From: Selaginella moellendorffii
Lineage: Eukaryota; Plantae; Lycopodiophyta
Length of the DNA: 64,000 nucleotides
Reading direction: 5' to 3'
NCBI RefSeq assembly: GCF_000143415.4
Contig: NW_003314297.1
Coordinates: 1 to 64,000 of the forward strand
Under the pieces are notes generated by a model. That model was not told the DNA's origin. It searched no databases and saw only the letters and a program-made list of their open reading frames with translations. Below, in pieces: positions 12,701-25,357 of the stretch. Each line of letters begins with the position of its first letter. Positions within the stretch are counted from its first letter, which is position 1. The translations under genes were made by a program, and so were the position numbers.

Positions 12701-14696
12701 GGATTGATATTGAGTTTCATTAGTCTCAATAGAGATAGTGTTGATGATTTGGTTGTAGCATTGTGTTATTAGCATTCGTGCATTTGCTAGTTAGCAACTG
12801 TGTTGACGTTCAAATGAACTGAGTGGCAAGTTGGGTTAGTTGTGTTCTAGACAAGATTGGTTAGTAGAGGATGAGCTTTGGCTTTTCCTTGAAAAGTGAT
12901 TTAGTCGAGGACTATGCTAACTCTACAAGAAGAAGAGTTAGTGATTGATATTGAAGTGATTGAATCCTTATTGGATTTGAGTTGGGATATATCGATCATT
13001 GATGATTCTTCTTGAGCTTGTTGTAAAGGGAGTTACGTCTTGCTATAGATGGATTCATGGAGGATCATTTGGTGATCACTTGTCGAGCATAGCTTCGTTA
13101 TGCTTAGCTTTTGGATTGATGCAAACATGCTCTTCATTAGCTTTGGCATTATGCAGTTTAGCTTATGGATGTGTTGAAGCGGATGTCGTGGGTTACACCA
13201 TGATTTCTTCTTTATCATTAAAGTTAGTTCATGCGAAACTTGAGATCATGTTAGGTAAGACTTGGCTATAGACTTCTTCGAGCTTTTGGTTCTTTGAATT
13301 TTATGCTCATTGTTCCATTTGTTAGGAGTTGTTGGGGAAGGCATTTTGGCTTGTTAGCTTCGATGTGGAAGTTGGCTCTTGCATCTGGCAATCATTGGTA
13401 ATGACTGACTGTCATCTAGGATATTGATTATCCTTGTCAAAGGTGTTGCTTGGTTATTGTTAATATAGAATGCTTCACTGTTCTTCGGGATGGTAGATTC
13501 TTTCTTCAACAATGATTCAGCATCTCTTTATTGATGGGATGATTGATGTTCTTTTATGATGGTTAGTTGTTCTCTTTGAAGGCTTTTGGCTTTTCGCAAT
13601 ACCACATGTTCTTTGTGGTTTGCTTTGGATTGGTCTCTTGGGTTTGAGACATCGATGGGATGTTGCTGACACTTGCTAGAGCAACTCTAGTTCCTTGGTA
13701 TTGTTGGCCGGGGTCTATTCAGATTGGCTAGTGTGATAGTTGGCATGAACGAGTGTTTGTTGGCCATGGAACATTCATTCTATTCTGTTGATTATTACTT
13801 GAGTTCACTTTGATAGATTCGGATGTTATTTCCTTCGGGTGATACATTCGCGAGCATTGTGCTTGTCAGTCAATGATATTTTATGTTCTTTGAGTTATCT
13901 CTAGTAAGTTGCTGGCTTACTATCTGCTATCTTCGGTAGTTAAGTTTCATCATTGAGTTTACTTGATGACATACTTGCTATTGAATTTTGCTGGATGGTG
14001 AATCCTATGTTTTCCGATTATGATGATCTTGGTGGTTCCTATCTACTATAATACTAGTTTATCGGATGATAACTTACTTGGAATACTTTTGTGTTCTAAT
14101 CTAAGATATACTCACTGATAATTAAGTCTCTAAGATATCATTGTCTATGCCTTTGATATTGTCCATCCATTAATCTTTGAGTTTGGGCCAGTATAGGCAG
14201 ACTGGCTTCGGCACTTCGTGTGCATGTTGAAATCTCTAGTCATGGGGTAGCTACTGTAGACTGGTCACACAACCCGCCTCTTTGTCAATGTTCTTTGTTC
14301 CGTTAAAAGGGCGTGACCGTGTAAACAACTCTCACTGCCTGTTTACAGTAGTCTATCTAAACCTTATCGACGGGTTTGGTTTCTTTGCTCAGGAGGGTTG
14401 GGGCCCCTGGCTCCTCTCTCTATGTCTCTGCGGGCAGGGCATATCACACTTTTGTAAGCTGGGTGACAACCAGAGTAGCAAGGGTGGCCGACTCCGTTGG
14501 TCATTTCCTTGTCGGCGACGGCCGGAAGGTGTCTGAGCTGGTAGCGCATCCGCGTTAGACAAAGAGGTTGCCCCCTAACTCATTTAAGTTGGTGCATTTC
14601 TCACATAGTGTGAGTACCGTGAACTTTTTTTTGGAGTTGTTTCCTTGGCGGTATTCTAGACTTGAGTATGCATCGACGAGGATGTCGATCTTCCCT

Positions 14697-14708
14697 AGGG
14701 GGGGAGAG
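14697..14708 (+). other. Polypurine tract
   Basis: AGGGGGGGAGAG immediately before the TG of the 3' LTR. Confidence 0.88.
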
Positions 14709-15861
14709 TGTTGCGCATGTGAAGTGTCGCGCATGTGACTTCGGGTATCGAAAGTTACCTGTCAACTAGTCCTTACGGACACTCTTACCTTACTGCCACG
14801 ATGGCAAGAGGTCGGTATTGCTGGACCCTTTATCAGTCCCTCTTGTGCTAGTGGAGTTAATTGGGCATTTCAAGTGTACTTAGACCGGACGAGCATAAGG
14901 ACGGAATTCCTACGTGTTATTAGCTAAGCATACTTAGCCCGGTAAGGAGTTCCCGTCTCGTTTTGTCTTGCACTTGCTAGTGACAAGAACCCTCGCGTAT
15001 TGAGATTAGTCCCTCAATATCGCTACATGATAGCTTACCGTGTCTGCCAAACACCCTCACTATCATGCCCTTTGTGTTAGTCTCATTTTGGTCCCAAATG
15101 CTATTTATGGAAAGTGTCCAAATTTGCTCATTTGGCATATCTACGGAATGTAGAGATCGTCCTGAACACAATGGTGTTCGTCCTGTGTCCAAATTCGCAA
15201 TCTAGGGACATTCCATATTTAGTAAGTTTCGAGCTTGTCCCAGAGACTAACTCCTGATACTAAGGGAGGCTTGGGGTGAAAGCCCAAAGCGTGTGTTCCT
15301 CAAGGGGGGGGGGGGGGCTGTGGGGGGTTCCAAATGTATAGTAGGGATAGTGGGTAGGTCGGGCATGGCCGACCAATCTGAGGCATAGTCTAGCTCCCGC
15401 TTGCGTGCCTGTCCTTGTTCTGCGTCCGGCTTGGGTCTAAGCCCAAGTTCCATTCCATGCTAGTTGGTGGAGTACCCATGTCCTCGCGTTAGGCCACCGG
15501 TATGCCAAAATAGTGCCAGACTCCGTTTGGCTCCGTTTTGCGTGCTGGTCCTGGCATTGGGATGCCGGTTACTCTAGGACTGTTCCAAGTCACTCCGGGC
15601 CCCTGTCCCTTCGCTCCTTGGGCTTTATGCACGGGAGTTGCTCCGTGGTTCGGTTCCATCACTCCTTGGCTCCATGCTTAGGAGTTTGGCACCGTTCCTT
15701 CGTTCAGAGGCCCAAGGCCCTGAACCTCAGGTTCCTATGGACACGTGGCATGTGACACGTGGCATCTGTCACGTGGCACAAAGAGGGTTTAGGTTCCGCT
15801 TCGTGGTGTTATCCTATGGTAAATCACCATAGGATAAAGGGTCAAAACCACGTGCGCTACA
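14709..15861 (+). repeat. 3' LTR (1153 bp)
   Basis: Direct repeat of 8558-9722. Confidence 0.93.
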
Positions 15862-15974
15862 GACACATGGCATATAGAGGGATTAGGTTCCGCTTCGTGG
15901 TTATCCTATAGTATATCACCATAGGATAAAGGATAAAAACCACGTGCACTAGAAAACAAGGGTCTGATACAATC

Positions 15975-16800
15975 CTACGAGCACTAGCTCCCCGTATCCA
16001 GCACCTACACGCAAAATAGTGTAAGATGGTGTTTGGCACAATTTTGGCTTACCAGTGGCCTAACGCAAGAAAAACATTGACTAGGGCAGCAAAGCTTAAG
16101 CTTAGACCTAAGCCAAACACAAAACAAGAAGCGACACAGTCCAATAGAAGCTAAACTAATGTCTCAAGTGGTTGAACATGCATTCTAACCACTATCCCTA
16201 CTATACATTTGGAACCCCAACGAGAACGAGGTTGAGGCTAAATCAAAGAGGAAGAGCTTAGGCTTGAGGCTACACCATTACAGCATACAACTAAAGATAT
16301 TGAGATTGAGAATTTATAAAAGGACATTCACAAATTGAAGAAGGAAAACAAAAAGAGGAAAAAGCAAACAGAGGTAACTAAATTAGTTAACTTCTTTAAT
16401 CTCTAAGGATGATGAAGTTTTGTAACTACCCTTGATTTCAAAGTTCAAGCCTAAAACCACCCAATTTTAGAGGTCTACAGGACTATTACATTTTAGAAGA
16501 CTAAGTCTATATAACACGCATAAAAGAAGAACAAGTACGCAAATGGGGAGTTAAATTATGCCTTAAGTTAGTTGACTATGCCCAACCTACCCATTATCTC
16601 TATTATATATTTGGAACCCCCTCCCTTTTTATATGAAAGCACATTTCGAGGCTTTCACCTAAGGTGTTAGTCTTTGGGATACTCACAAAAATTTATTAAA
16701 TATGGAATCACATTGGATCACTTACTAATCTAGACACTTTTCATAAATAGTTATTGGGACTAAATAGGACCAATACATAGAGCATAATAGCAAGAGTGTT
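15975..16800 (-). mobile_element. Inverted, degraded LTR fragments of the same family (two pieces)
   Basis: CCACTATCCCTACTATACATTTGGAACCCC (~16190-16218) and a second variant at ~16580-16620 are reverse complements of LTR 9173-9202. Boundaries approximate. Confidence 0.6.
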
Positions 16801-19800
16801 GTAAGCTTCTAAATTTAGACTTCATAAGAAATCACTCAGCCTAATACTATTTAAACCCAATAACACCCAAATATCCCAAAATCTTTAACCAATTAAAATA
16901 TTTTTGAGGGGCAACTATTAGGCTTCAATCCATGGTGACAAATCTAGTTTTATTCCAGCCCCATATTTCTATGGGGAATGAAAGCAAGTAGGATTTTCAA
17001 AATAGTGCTAACTATATTGCTACACCATCAATGGCAATCATACAATATAGTGACAGTAATACCTAAAGAATGGCCAATTGTATTCATTTTAGATGAGATT
17101 CAAAACCTTGAAAAATCTAGTTTTAATCTTGAGAGGAGAAGATTTGGAGACTTGAGAGACAAAATTGACACTATTCCTATAAAAATGCATAAACAGTTAG
17201 TAAGAAAAGATAAGGTAGTTAAATTTATTGATACTATCTCCACTTAAAAATATGGTAAAATAAGCTTAGCTTAATGCTTGAGTGTGATATTCTTTCCACA
17301 ACATATATCACTATGCTTGCAAAGGAGTGCATAGTTAAAATGGAAGGTGGAAAATACATAATTATCATTCAAGACTTTCCTTCTTAAATATGTCCAAACT
17401 TTACTAAGCACGAGGAACATGGGAAGGCATATACTTTTTGCAAGCATATGTATTACATATTCATTAACACCTAACACTAAGATTCTAAAGTGAACATTTA
17501 TATATATTAAACAGACTTTACTATTGCTGAATTATAAAAGACTTTTGAAGATAACTAGGTCTATTATTGTTTATTCCCTATCAATAATATAAATTTATTA
17601 TAATTTATATAATTAATAAAAAATATACTTTATTTTATACACTTTCGAGTGATGTTGCAGTGTATCACAAGAGCATAAACGCCATCATATTAATTATCAC
17701 CATTGTTTCCACCGAAAGCCAAAAATATCTAAAGCACTTTTTAAAAGTCATGAAATTGTAATTTCCTAAAATAAGTAATTTCTACACCTAATTTATTTCA
17801 CTTTTTATCATTGTATTTCTCTCCAATTTGTGATTCTATCTTTATGTGGTTTACACAACAGAATGAGTATTGTACCATTAAGCCCTTGAATTACTACTAT
17901 AGGAAGAAATATTGTAAAAGTTGAAATTAACAATATTAGAACTCACAAACATTTGTGTGTATTTCCCTCTTTTTGAAAGAGAGTACAAGTGAAGATCCAT
18001 AAATTATAAATACTATGCTATAACAAATACCTTAAAAATGTATTCTAAAGAAGAACTAAGTCTTTATTTTCTCTCTTTTATAAGTAACAAGTTTACATTA
18101 ATGGTTGTTTTTTCCCTTTAAAACAGTTATATGGCCTTTCAAAAGAATATTATTTCAAATTTAATAATTTTTAAACTCATTACAAAGTTGATATTTAAAA
18201 GCTAGAAAGCACATAGTACGGATTTAAGGAATTGACAAGATTACATTTTCTTCAAACAAATTTTATTTTATTTTATGTTATAGCGAACCTCCCTACAATA
18301 AGTATTTAAATTTTTGGACAAAAAGTGTCTTCTAAAACATTTTTATTTATATAAAGTGTAAAGAGTGAAAATATTAAGTTCACCATAAACCTTAATTTTA
18401 TTAAAAATTTATAATATTTGTATTATACTAAAATTTAAAGTTGAGCTTAACTTGTGAGCTCAACTCTTTAGCTCATGAGCTCAAGAATGGTCTATGCTCT
18501 AGAATACACTGAAATAACTGAAAATTTCTTAGGCTTTCAAAACTAGAAAATCTGGGTTGTAGACTTAGTTTAGTTTTTCATAAGATTATATCAGTTCACA
18601 AACCAACATATTTTTGTTTATTAATATTTCTTTTTCTGAATATATATTAATAAAGTAGAAGGTTAGGAAGGATTTTTTGACAATATTCACTGATACTATT
18701 ACCAAGCTCCATCAAGATTTAGACCTTTTTATCAAAGTTGCTAGTCAACTCAGTCAATAGAATAGTCATTATGATAATCAATCAATCTTATATTCAAGGA
18801 GGAAAACCATTGCCATGTCAAGGCTTAAAGAATGGATAACAAATTTTATTTAGACTAATAGAAGAAAGATAAAGTAGAAGGCAATTTTAGAAACCTAGAC
18901 ATCATGGAAAGAATTATACTCTTGTGAAGGGATAAAAGAATGTTAAAGTGATATGACAAAATTCATTGTAGATATAACTTAGGAGTCTATTGTGATAACT
19001 CTTCCATATCCCATGGTAAAAATTCAAGAAACAACTTCTATAGAGCTTAATGCTTGTGAAGGCTAAATGGGGCATTCAAGACAATCTGAAATTTTAAAGA
19101 GGTGAAGAAACTTAATTTACTTGTAAATAAAAGCTTGGTGATTTATGAGATGATTATACTAAATAGACCCAGCACTTATGTTTATGGTCAAATATTCCTT
19201 TAATGGTTGAAGGGATTTTCTTATCATCCTTTATTTTGTCATAAAGTTGTCATCAAGGAAAAAGAAAATGACAAAACTATAATTACTTTTTTAAACACTT
19301 TATAATTTACTATACAAGTAGTGTTAGTCATTTTTAAAATACCACCTCATTTAAGAAAGTCACACTTCGACTTGTTAAACAAAAAAACTTAATCATTTGT
19401 AAGACTTTTCAAAGGTGTCTCTCCAAAGTAGCATTATAGATTCACAATAAGTTATAGCTATATTTTTATTATAGTTGCATTATAATATTAAAACATTGCA
19501 TCAAATAAAATTTCAGCAAATAATGTTGCTTCTCATAAAAAATTAATTCTTTAATACAAAGCTTTTTTGAGTGGTTTAATTTACTGGTTAAACCTTTAGA
19601 TGCTTCTAAGACATGATAATATGCTTATAGAGATACATGAGAATTTCGAATTTTGACATAATCTATTAATTATTTAAATAAGAACTGGACCCTGAATCCA
19701 GTAACACATTTTGTTGAAAAAGAAACGGATAATCAGCATGTGTGGAATATTCGAGATTCGGGTGTGCAGTGTGTGGTAGGGAATGGGGCGAGAGCGATCA

Positions 19801-19814
19801 GACAGAGCAGACTT

Positions 19815-20754
19815 ATGTCGACGAGCGCCTCGGCCTCGGCGGCTGCGTCCACCGGCCAGAGGCAGCAGCACCAGCGCTATGTGCCGCTCTACGCCGCATC
19901 CATCGCCAGCGAGCGGCAGCGACGGACACGGATTCCCCCGCTCCGCCGCGCAGCAACATTCCTCCTCTCTCGAGCGGGTATAGTTCTTCCTCACCTTTTG
20001 ACGTTCCTTGGATTGAAATCCTTGTTTGGAGCTTGGATGAATCTTTCGGTCACAGAAATCCCGTCGTCAATCACCTGCATTCTCTTCATTCTAGAGAGAA
20101 TCTTTGGCTTAGCAGTCTTTCTTTCCCCAGGGTATTGCCATTCATTTTCCTCGATTGTAATTTGTGTGTTTTCTTCCGTGAAACTCAAGTTTTTTGTCGA
20201 TCGAGATTCTTCTGCCAAACTAAGTGATGAATATTTGTGCAGGCCTAGCCTCCGCATCGCTCTCTCGAAATCCTCACTGGAGCGAGCTCAAGCCACTCTC
20301 GTCATGGCACCTAGGCGGCGGCACAAGGTCGAGCTCGAGGCAGCTCTTGAGCACAGTGTGGGCGGCAGCCACACAGGAGAGTGGATCCGGAGTGAGGCCG
20401 GTGGTGCGCATGGTAAAGCCCAGCATCCAATTCATCCGTGGCGTGGACGAGCTCGTCGTCCCGGACATCTCTCTCACCCGATCGCAGGACCAACGAAACG
20501 GGGTGGCCACCTTCGTCTTCGACCAGCCATCGGTGTTTGATTCCTCCCGAGAGATGGGAGAGATCACGGGCATCTACATGATCGACGACGAGGGCGTGCT
20601 CCAGTCCGTGGACGTGAGCGCCAAGTTTGTCAACGGGAAGCCGGCCAAGATCGAGGCCAAGTACGTGATGAGGAACATTGGCGAGTGGGACAGATTCATG
20701 CGCTTCATGGAGCGCTATGCCGCCGAAAACAACCTTGGGTTTGTCAAGAAATGA
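19815..20754 (+). CDS. PSB28: Photosystem II assembly factor Psb28, chloroplast precursor (exons 19815-19977, 20243-20754)
   Basis: MVKPSIQFIRGVDE...ITGIYMIDDEG...AKFVNGKP...WDRFMRFMERYA..NNLGFVKK. The GT-AG phase-1 intron keeps frame; Ser/Ala/Arg-rich transit peptide. Confidence 0.93.
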
Positions 20755-20854
20755 AAACGAATGTAAAACAAAATTTTGAATTCAAACAATTCTATTGTCC
20801 AATCAATGCTCTAAATTTTTGTTTCTCTCGAGAGAAATGTTGCTATGATGATAA

Positions 20855-22297
20855 ATGATAGGGAGAACTTCCATGCTCTTGGAAAGCAACCTAAAATTGA
20901 AAGCACTTGGATACAATGGGGATCTCTCCAAAGCTCGGTCATTTTTCGACTCCATGCCAGAAAGAAACATTGTGTCCTGGACAACAATGCTCGCTCTTTT
21001 CTCCACGCACGCCACAGTCTCAGAGGCTTGGCACCTCTTCAACGCCATGCCCCTACACGACTTGGTTTCTTGGAATATCATGCTAGCAGCATATGCCTTC
21101 AATGGGCATCTTAAAGAGGCCAGATCCTTCTTCGGCTCAATGCCTTGCTGGGACGTTGTTTCCTGGAATTCCATGCTATCAGGAATAATCAAACATGGCA
21201 GCCTTAATGACGCACTGCAATGGTTTGGAATCATGTCTGTGAGAAACCTTGTCTCTACAAATGCTCTCCTCAACGCATTTTCCCAGGCGGGGCATTTCGC
21301 GGAAGCAAAGAACCTCTACTCAACCATGCCGGAGCACGACATAGTGTCGCACAATGCCATGCTGGCGGCGTACGGTCACACTGGTGACGTGGAGGAGGCA
21401 CGTTGCGTTTTCTATTCAATGTCGTACTGTGACTTGGCAACGTGGACAATCCTTCTCTCACTGTATGCCCAAAACGGGCACCTTGTGGAGGCGAAGTGCA
21501 TGTTTGATTCCATGCCCCAGCAGGACATAGTTTCTACCACAGCCATGATGGCGGCATATGCCCAAAACGGCCATCTAAAAGATGCCGTGGATATCTTTAA
21601 TGGAATGCACTACCTTACGCTAGTGTCTTGGAACTCCATGCTAGACGGATATGCCCAGAACGGGTATCTAAAGGAAGCCAAGATTCTCTTTCAAATAATG
21701 CCGATGAGAAATCTTGTGTCCTGGAATGTGATGTTGGCTGCTCATGCTGGGAACTTGGACGATTCCACGAGATTCTTTGGAGGAATGCAAGCTAGAGACA
21801 CTGTCTCCTGGAACGTATTAATGGCAGCGAATACTTACAATGGGCACTTTGTAGAGGCTATATCCCTACATATGGAGATGAAGATGGAAGGCTGTGACCC
21901 AGATGATGCAACATTCATCAGCTTGTTTTTTTCTTGCAGCCACCTTGGTGACGTAATTTGTGGTCTAAAGTACTTTGTGTCAATGCTCATAGATTATAAT
22001 TTCCATGCCACCAAGCAACACTACCACTGTATGGTGGATTTGTTAGCTCGTTCGGGTTTCTTGCATGAAGCTTGCACTATGATTGAAGAGATGCCTTTCA
22101 TGCCAATTGTAGATGACTGGATTTGCTTGCTTGGTTCCTGTAGAAGTTATAACGTACCAGAGCTAGGAGCTTACTCTGGAATACGTGGGAGTAGAAGTTA
22201 TAACGTACCAGAGCTAGGAGCTTACTCTGGAATACGTGGGATTGAGCTTAATGTTGACAGGTCTGCACTTTATCTCTTATTGATAGATGTTGTTTAG
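20855..22297 (+). CDS. PLS-class pentatricopeptide repeat protein with E domain, no DYW
   Basis: Repeated MP.R..VSWN.ML.AYAQNGH..EA motifs, then HYHCMVDLLARSG and W..LLGSCR; intronless, 480 aa. Confidence 0.9.
   Translation: MIGRTSMLLESNLKLKALGYNGDLSKARSFFDSMPERNIVSWTTMLALFSTHATVSEAWHLFNAMPLHDLVSWNIMLAAYAFNGHLKEARSFFGSMPCWDVVSWNSMLSGIIKHGSLNDALQWFGIMSVRNLVSTNALLNAFSQAGHFAEAKNLYSTMPEHDIVSHNAMLAAYGHTGDVEEARCVFYSMSYCDLATWTILLSLYAQNGHLVEAKCMFDSMPQQDIVSTTAMMAAYAQNGHLKDAVDIFNGMHYLTLVSWNSMLDGYAQNGYLKEAKILFQIMPMRNLVSWNVMLAAHAGNLDDSTRFFGGMQARDTVSWNVLMAANTYNGHFVEAISLHMEMKMEGCDPDDATFISLFFSCSHLGDVICGLKYFVSMLIDYNFHATKQHYHCMVDLLARSGFLHEACTMIEEMPFMPIVDDWICLLGSCRSYNVPELGAYSGIRGSRSYNVPELGAYSGIRGIELNVDRSALYLLLIDVV
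22140..22241 (+). repeat. Perfect in-frame 51-bp tandem duplication inside the PPR E domain
   Basis: GTAGAAGTTATAACGTACCAGAGCTAGGAGCTTACTCTGGAATACGTGGGA x2 (RSYNVPELGAYSGIRG twice). Confidence 0.95.
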
Positions 22298-23558
22298 GAA
22301 ATGAAAAGGTTTGTTTTTGGCAGAATATTGGCTTCTTGGTGGGCGCCATGCGTAAACAGCTAATGAATGAATGAATATTATCTGACAATGACAATGCTTT
22401 TCCTTCTCAAATTCCTTCTCAAATTTACATGGAGAGCCTAGGTAGCTGCAACAGACCTCCTTGTGGGGCGCGAGCGCTGGGTGCGGCTGGGCCGCTTCTC
22501 TGGCTGTGGTTGGTTCCAAAGCTAGATTTGCTTACGTTTCCAAGGCTTTCTTGGATCTCTGGTGCTCCTCATTAGTCCTGATGCCGTGAAAAGGAAAATA
22601 GCCTCCCAAGAGCAAATAGAGAAAATGCACGGTTTAATACATTGAGTCAAAAGAAAAAGGATGTAAGACGTACCTCGAGCGGAAGAGCCAGTGCTGGTGC
22701 TGTCGAAAGCATACCGCCATCTCATAACTCTGAAGCTCAGCTCGCGGATATGAATTCCTCGCCTAGTTCTCTGCAAGTCGTCGACCATTCTCCTTCTCAA
22801 GCTTCCGGCCGCTGGCAGCCACAGATGATTCCAAGTTCCGGCGAGAGGGAAGGACTACACGATTGGCAAGCCAGGAAATATCAGGGCCCTGACGAGGCCT
22901 TTCTGTGCCACGGTCCCAAGTGCTACAGGGAAACGTTCTTCGTCATGGTCGCCACCTATCTGGGTGTGCCATCGCCAGCTTGAGGTCCGCCAAGTTCTAC
23001 AGTGCGGTTGACGAGAAAGGTTACTGCTGTTGCTAACGATGAAGTTCAAGCATGCTAGGAGAGTCTTGCATGTTTTTAAGCTGCACAATTAAAATACAAG
23101 AAAATTACAAGTGCCTTAGGAGTGAGCTAAACATAGACTCTAGCACAAGATCCACCCAAGAGATGACTGGTCCCGCACTTGAGTTGAAACATTTCCCACT
23201 CTCACTACACTTGTGGATTGCCAACAATCTTTTGTAAATTCTATGTTCCCTGAGCTCTGCACCTTGCTTGATGCCCAATGTTTACTCCCACTCAAGGAAG
23301 AACTAGTCTTCACTACAGGAAGAATGGGCTTTAATTCGACTCTGATCACGTAGCATTTGCTTCTCATAATTTTCCATTTTCATTGCTCATCAAAAACGTA
23401 TTGCTGTCCAATTGAGGTGTACATTGACTATGTCACACAAGCAGTAGTAATAAAAGAAGCTCCAGTGGAAATACTGCAATCATCATTTGAAACAACATTT
23501 GGAGCAAGTCCTGGTCATTCCATTAAGATTGTATATATTTATTAATCATTTTTCATGA

Positions 23559-24746
23559 TCAATAGTACGGAGCAAACATCTCTTCAGCTTTCTGAACAAA
23601 CTTGTTCTTGGAAGTGATAGCTTTGTGCTTAGCGATGTTATGGTTGAAACTAGCTGTCGGTTTGCAATTACCACAGTTGGTAGGATCAAACATGCATTCA
23701 GCACCGCACACTGCAGTCTGCGTAGCTTTGGGGCTGAGTTGATCTATGACACTCTTTCTTGGTTGAAATTTTCGCATGTTGAATTCTACAAGCCAGTCAA
23801 CGAAAGTTAATGTAACGTCGGGAGGACAAGTCAACAAGTAATACCTCCGGAAATGCCATTTGTGTTACTTTCATGTATTACGTATCGACGGCAATCAGAC
23901 CACGCAGAAAGTTTGATACGGTACACCTGAATTAAGAAGTTCAACAAAAAGAAAAATCCTTTAAAAGCTGTTTTACTAACCTTGAAGTAGGGGTGTTCTA
24001 TATCAGGATATCTGAGCACTCCTATCTCAAGCATAGTTTTTTCATGGTATTCATGCTGGTAGAACAAATTTATAATGTTCTCGATATTTGTACCCGTGTG
24101 AGCAACAATTCTACCCATAATATTGATATCAATGCGTGTGGAGTTGAGGATGTCAGCATCTGCTATCAGTTCTGTGAACCAACTCTTGACCTGTAGACTC
24201 AAAGATATGAAATAATTATGAAACTCGAACATAGAACATTTACTTCATTCATCACAGTCTGTCTAGGCGATCCATCCGTGTTGAGCCAGTAAGTGTCATC
24301 CTTTGTATATTTAGTAGCTCTTGTAGTAAGATCACTGAGTGGCTCAAGCACGGGGTTTTGCAGAAAGAGTGATTGAACTTTATCCCATGTACGTTCATTA
24401 TGTGATAACTTGCCGAGTTGCACATGAACTCCTGCTATCATGACCTTCAAATGGTCATCCATGAATTTGACTTCATCCGTGCTGAGTGTCCCATATGCAG
24501 GAGCCAATCCGATGTTAAGATAGTCCTGGACAGTTGAGTCGACAATGTTGACCTGTCATGTATAGCCATTAGTCAAATGCTAGCTAAAACTAAATGCATC
24601 ACCTTGCTGAAGTCAAAATGCTGGATGATATTGCCAATTGGGTCTAATCCACCAAAGATACTCACAATTGTAGGGATCAGCTGAAACTGGGCATTTGCGC
24701 TCAAGACAAAGCTCATAAAAGCAACAAGTGGAATGAGCTTACCCAT
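23559..24746 (-). CDS. Secreted protein of unassigned family, paralog A (~323 aa, 5 exons)
   Basis: Exons 24746-24603, 24552-24244, 24190-23981, 23926-23845, 23785-23559; GT-AG introns of 50-59 bp; open frame throughout; signal peptide MGKLIPLVAFMSFVLSANA; TATA-like site at ~24790. Confidence 0.85.
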
Positions 24747-25096
24747 GATGGATGGCACTCTTGCCAAAATAAATCAAGCAACCTAAGTATTTATAAGGCA
24801 AGCATACCCTAGTGGTAGTACTATTAGTAGTGACTGTCTGACTCAAATTGTTCAAATTCTCCAACAACTTCAATGGACAGAATAATTATTCCCAACATAG
24901 AGCAACAGTAATGGTAATGGACAAAATAGTTATTCCCAACATAGAGCCATAGTAATAGTGGAGTATCTTGTGAAAACGAACTTAAATTTAGAAAATCAAG
25001 AAGAGAATATTCTATAGAAGCTGTTTTATTTATTTATGCGCTTCATTAAGAAATTTAAACAACTGCAGTTACCATAACGCACTAATGATAAATTGA

Positions 25097-25246
<150 letters not shown>

Positions 25247-25357
25247 CAAAAAACTAACATTTCCAGAATTTATATTCGCAGTTATTCAAGCAACAGCATT
25301 TATGTATATTTGGTTCGTTATGAGTTTATGTATATTTTGAATATCAGTACATAGTTT

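Larger units (their letters stand above)
8558..15861 (+). mobile_element. Young non-autonomous LTR retrotransposon (same family as host), inserted in the host 3' LTR
   Basis: LTRs 8558-9722 and 14709-15861 (TG...CA), nearly identical; TSD GACAT/GACAC (8553-8557, 15862-15866); PBS TGGTATCAGAG at 9725-9735; PPT at 14697-14708; no long ORF in the ~5 kb interior. Confidence 0.93.
1..15953 (+). mobile_element. Older, degenerate LTR retrotransposon (5' part outside window), host of two nested insertions
   Basis: 1-3580 and 7446-7557 are colinear with 10922-14708 of the younger element, with many C>T/G>A differences. PPT-like AAAGGGGGAAGAG at 7545-7557. The 3' LTR starts TGTCGC at 7558, is split at 8557/15862 and ends near 15953 (CACGTGCACTAGA vs CACGTGCGCTACA). 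Confidence 0.85.

Noticed and set aside
16850-19700. AT-rich region with short ORFs, possible old TE debris
   Set aside because: No termini, TSD or domain motif that I could confirm.
19740-20540. 266-aa ORF over Psb28
   Set aside because: Read-through of exon 1 into the intron and an alternative frame; the spliced Psb28 model explains the region.
22300-23400. Moderately GC-rich stretch with several 60-113 aa ORFs
   Set aside because: No recognisable motif or consistent splice model; cannot support a gene call.
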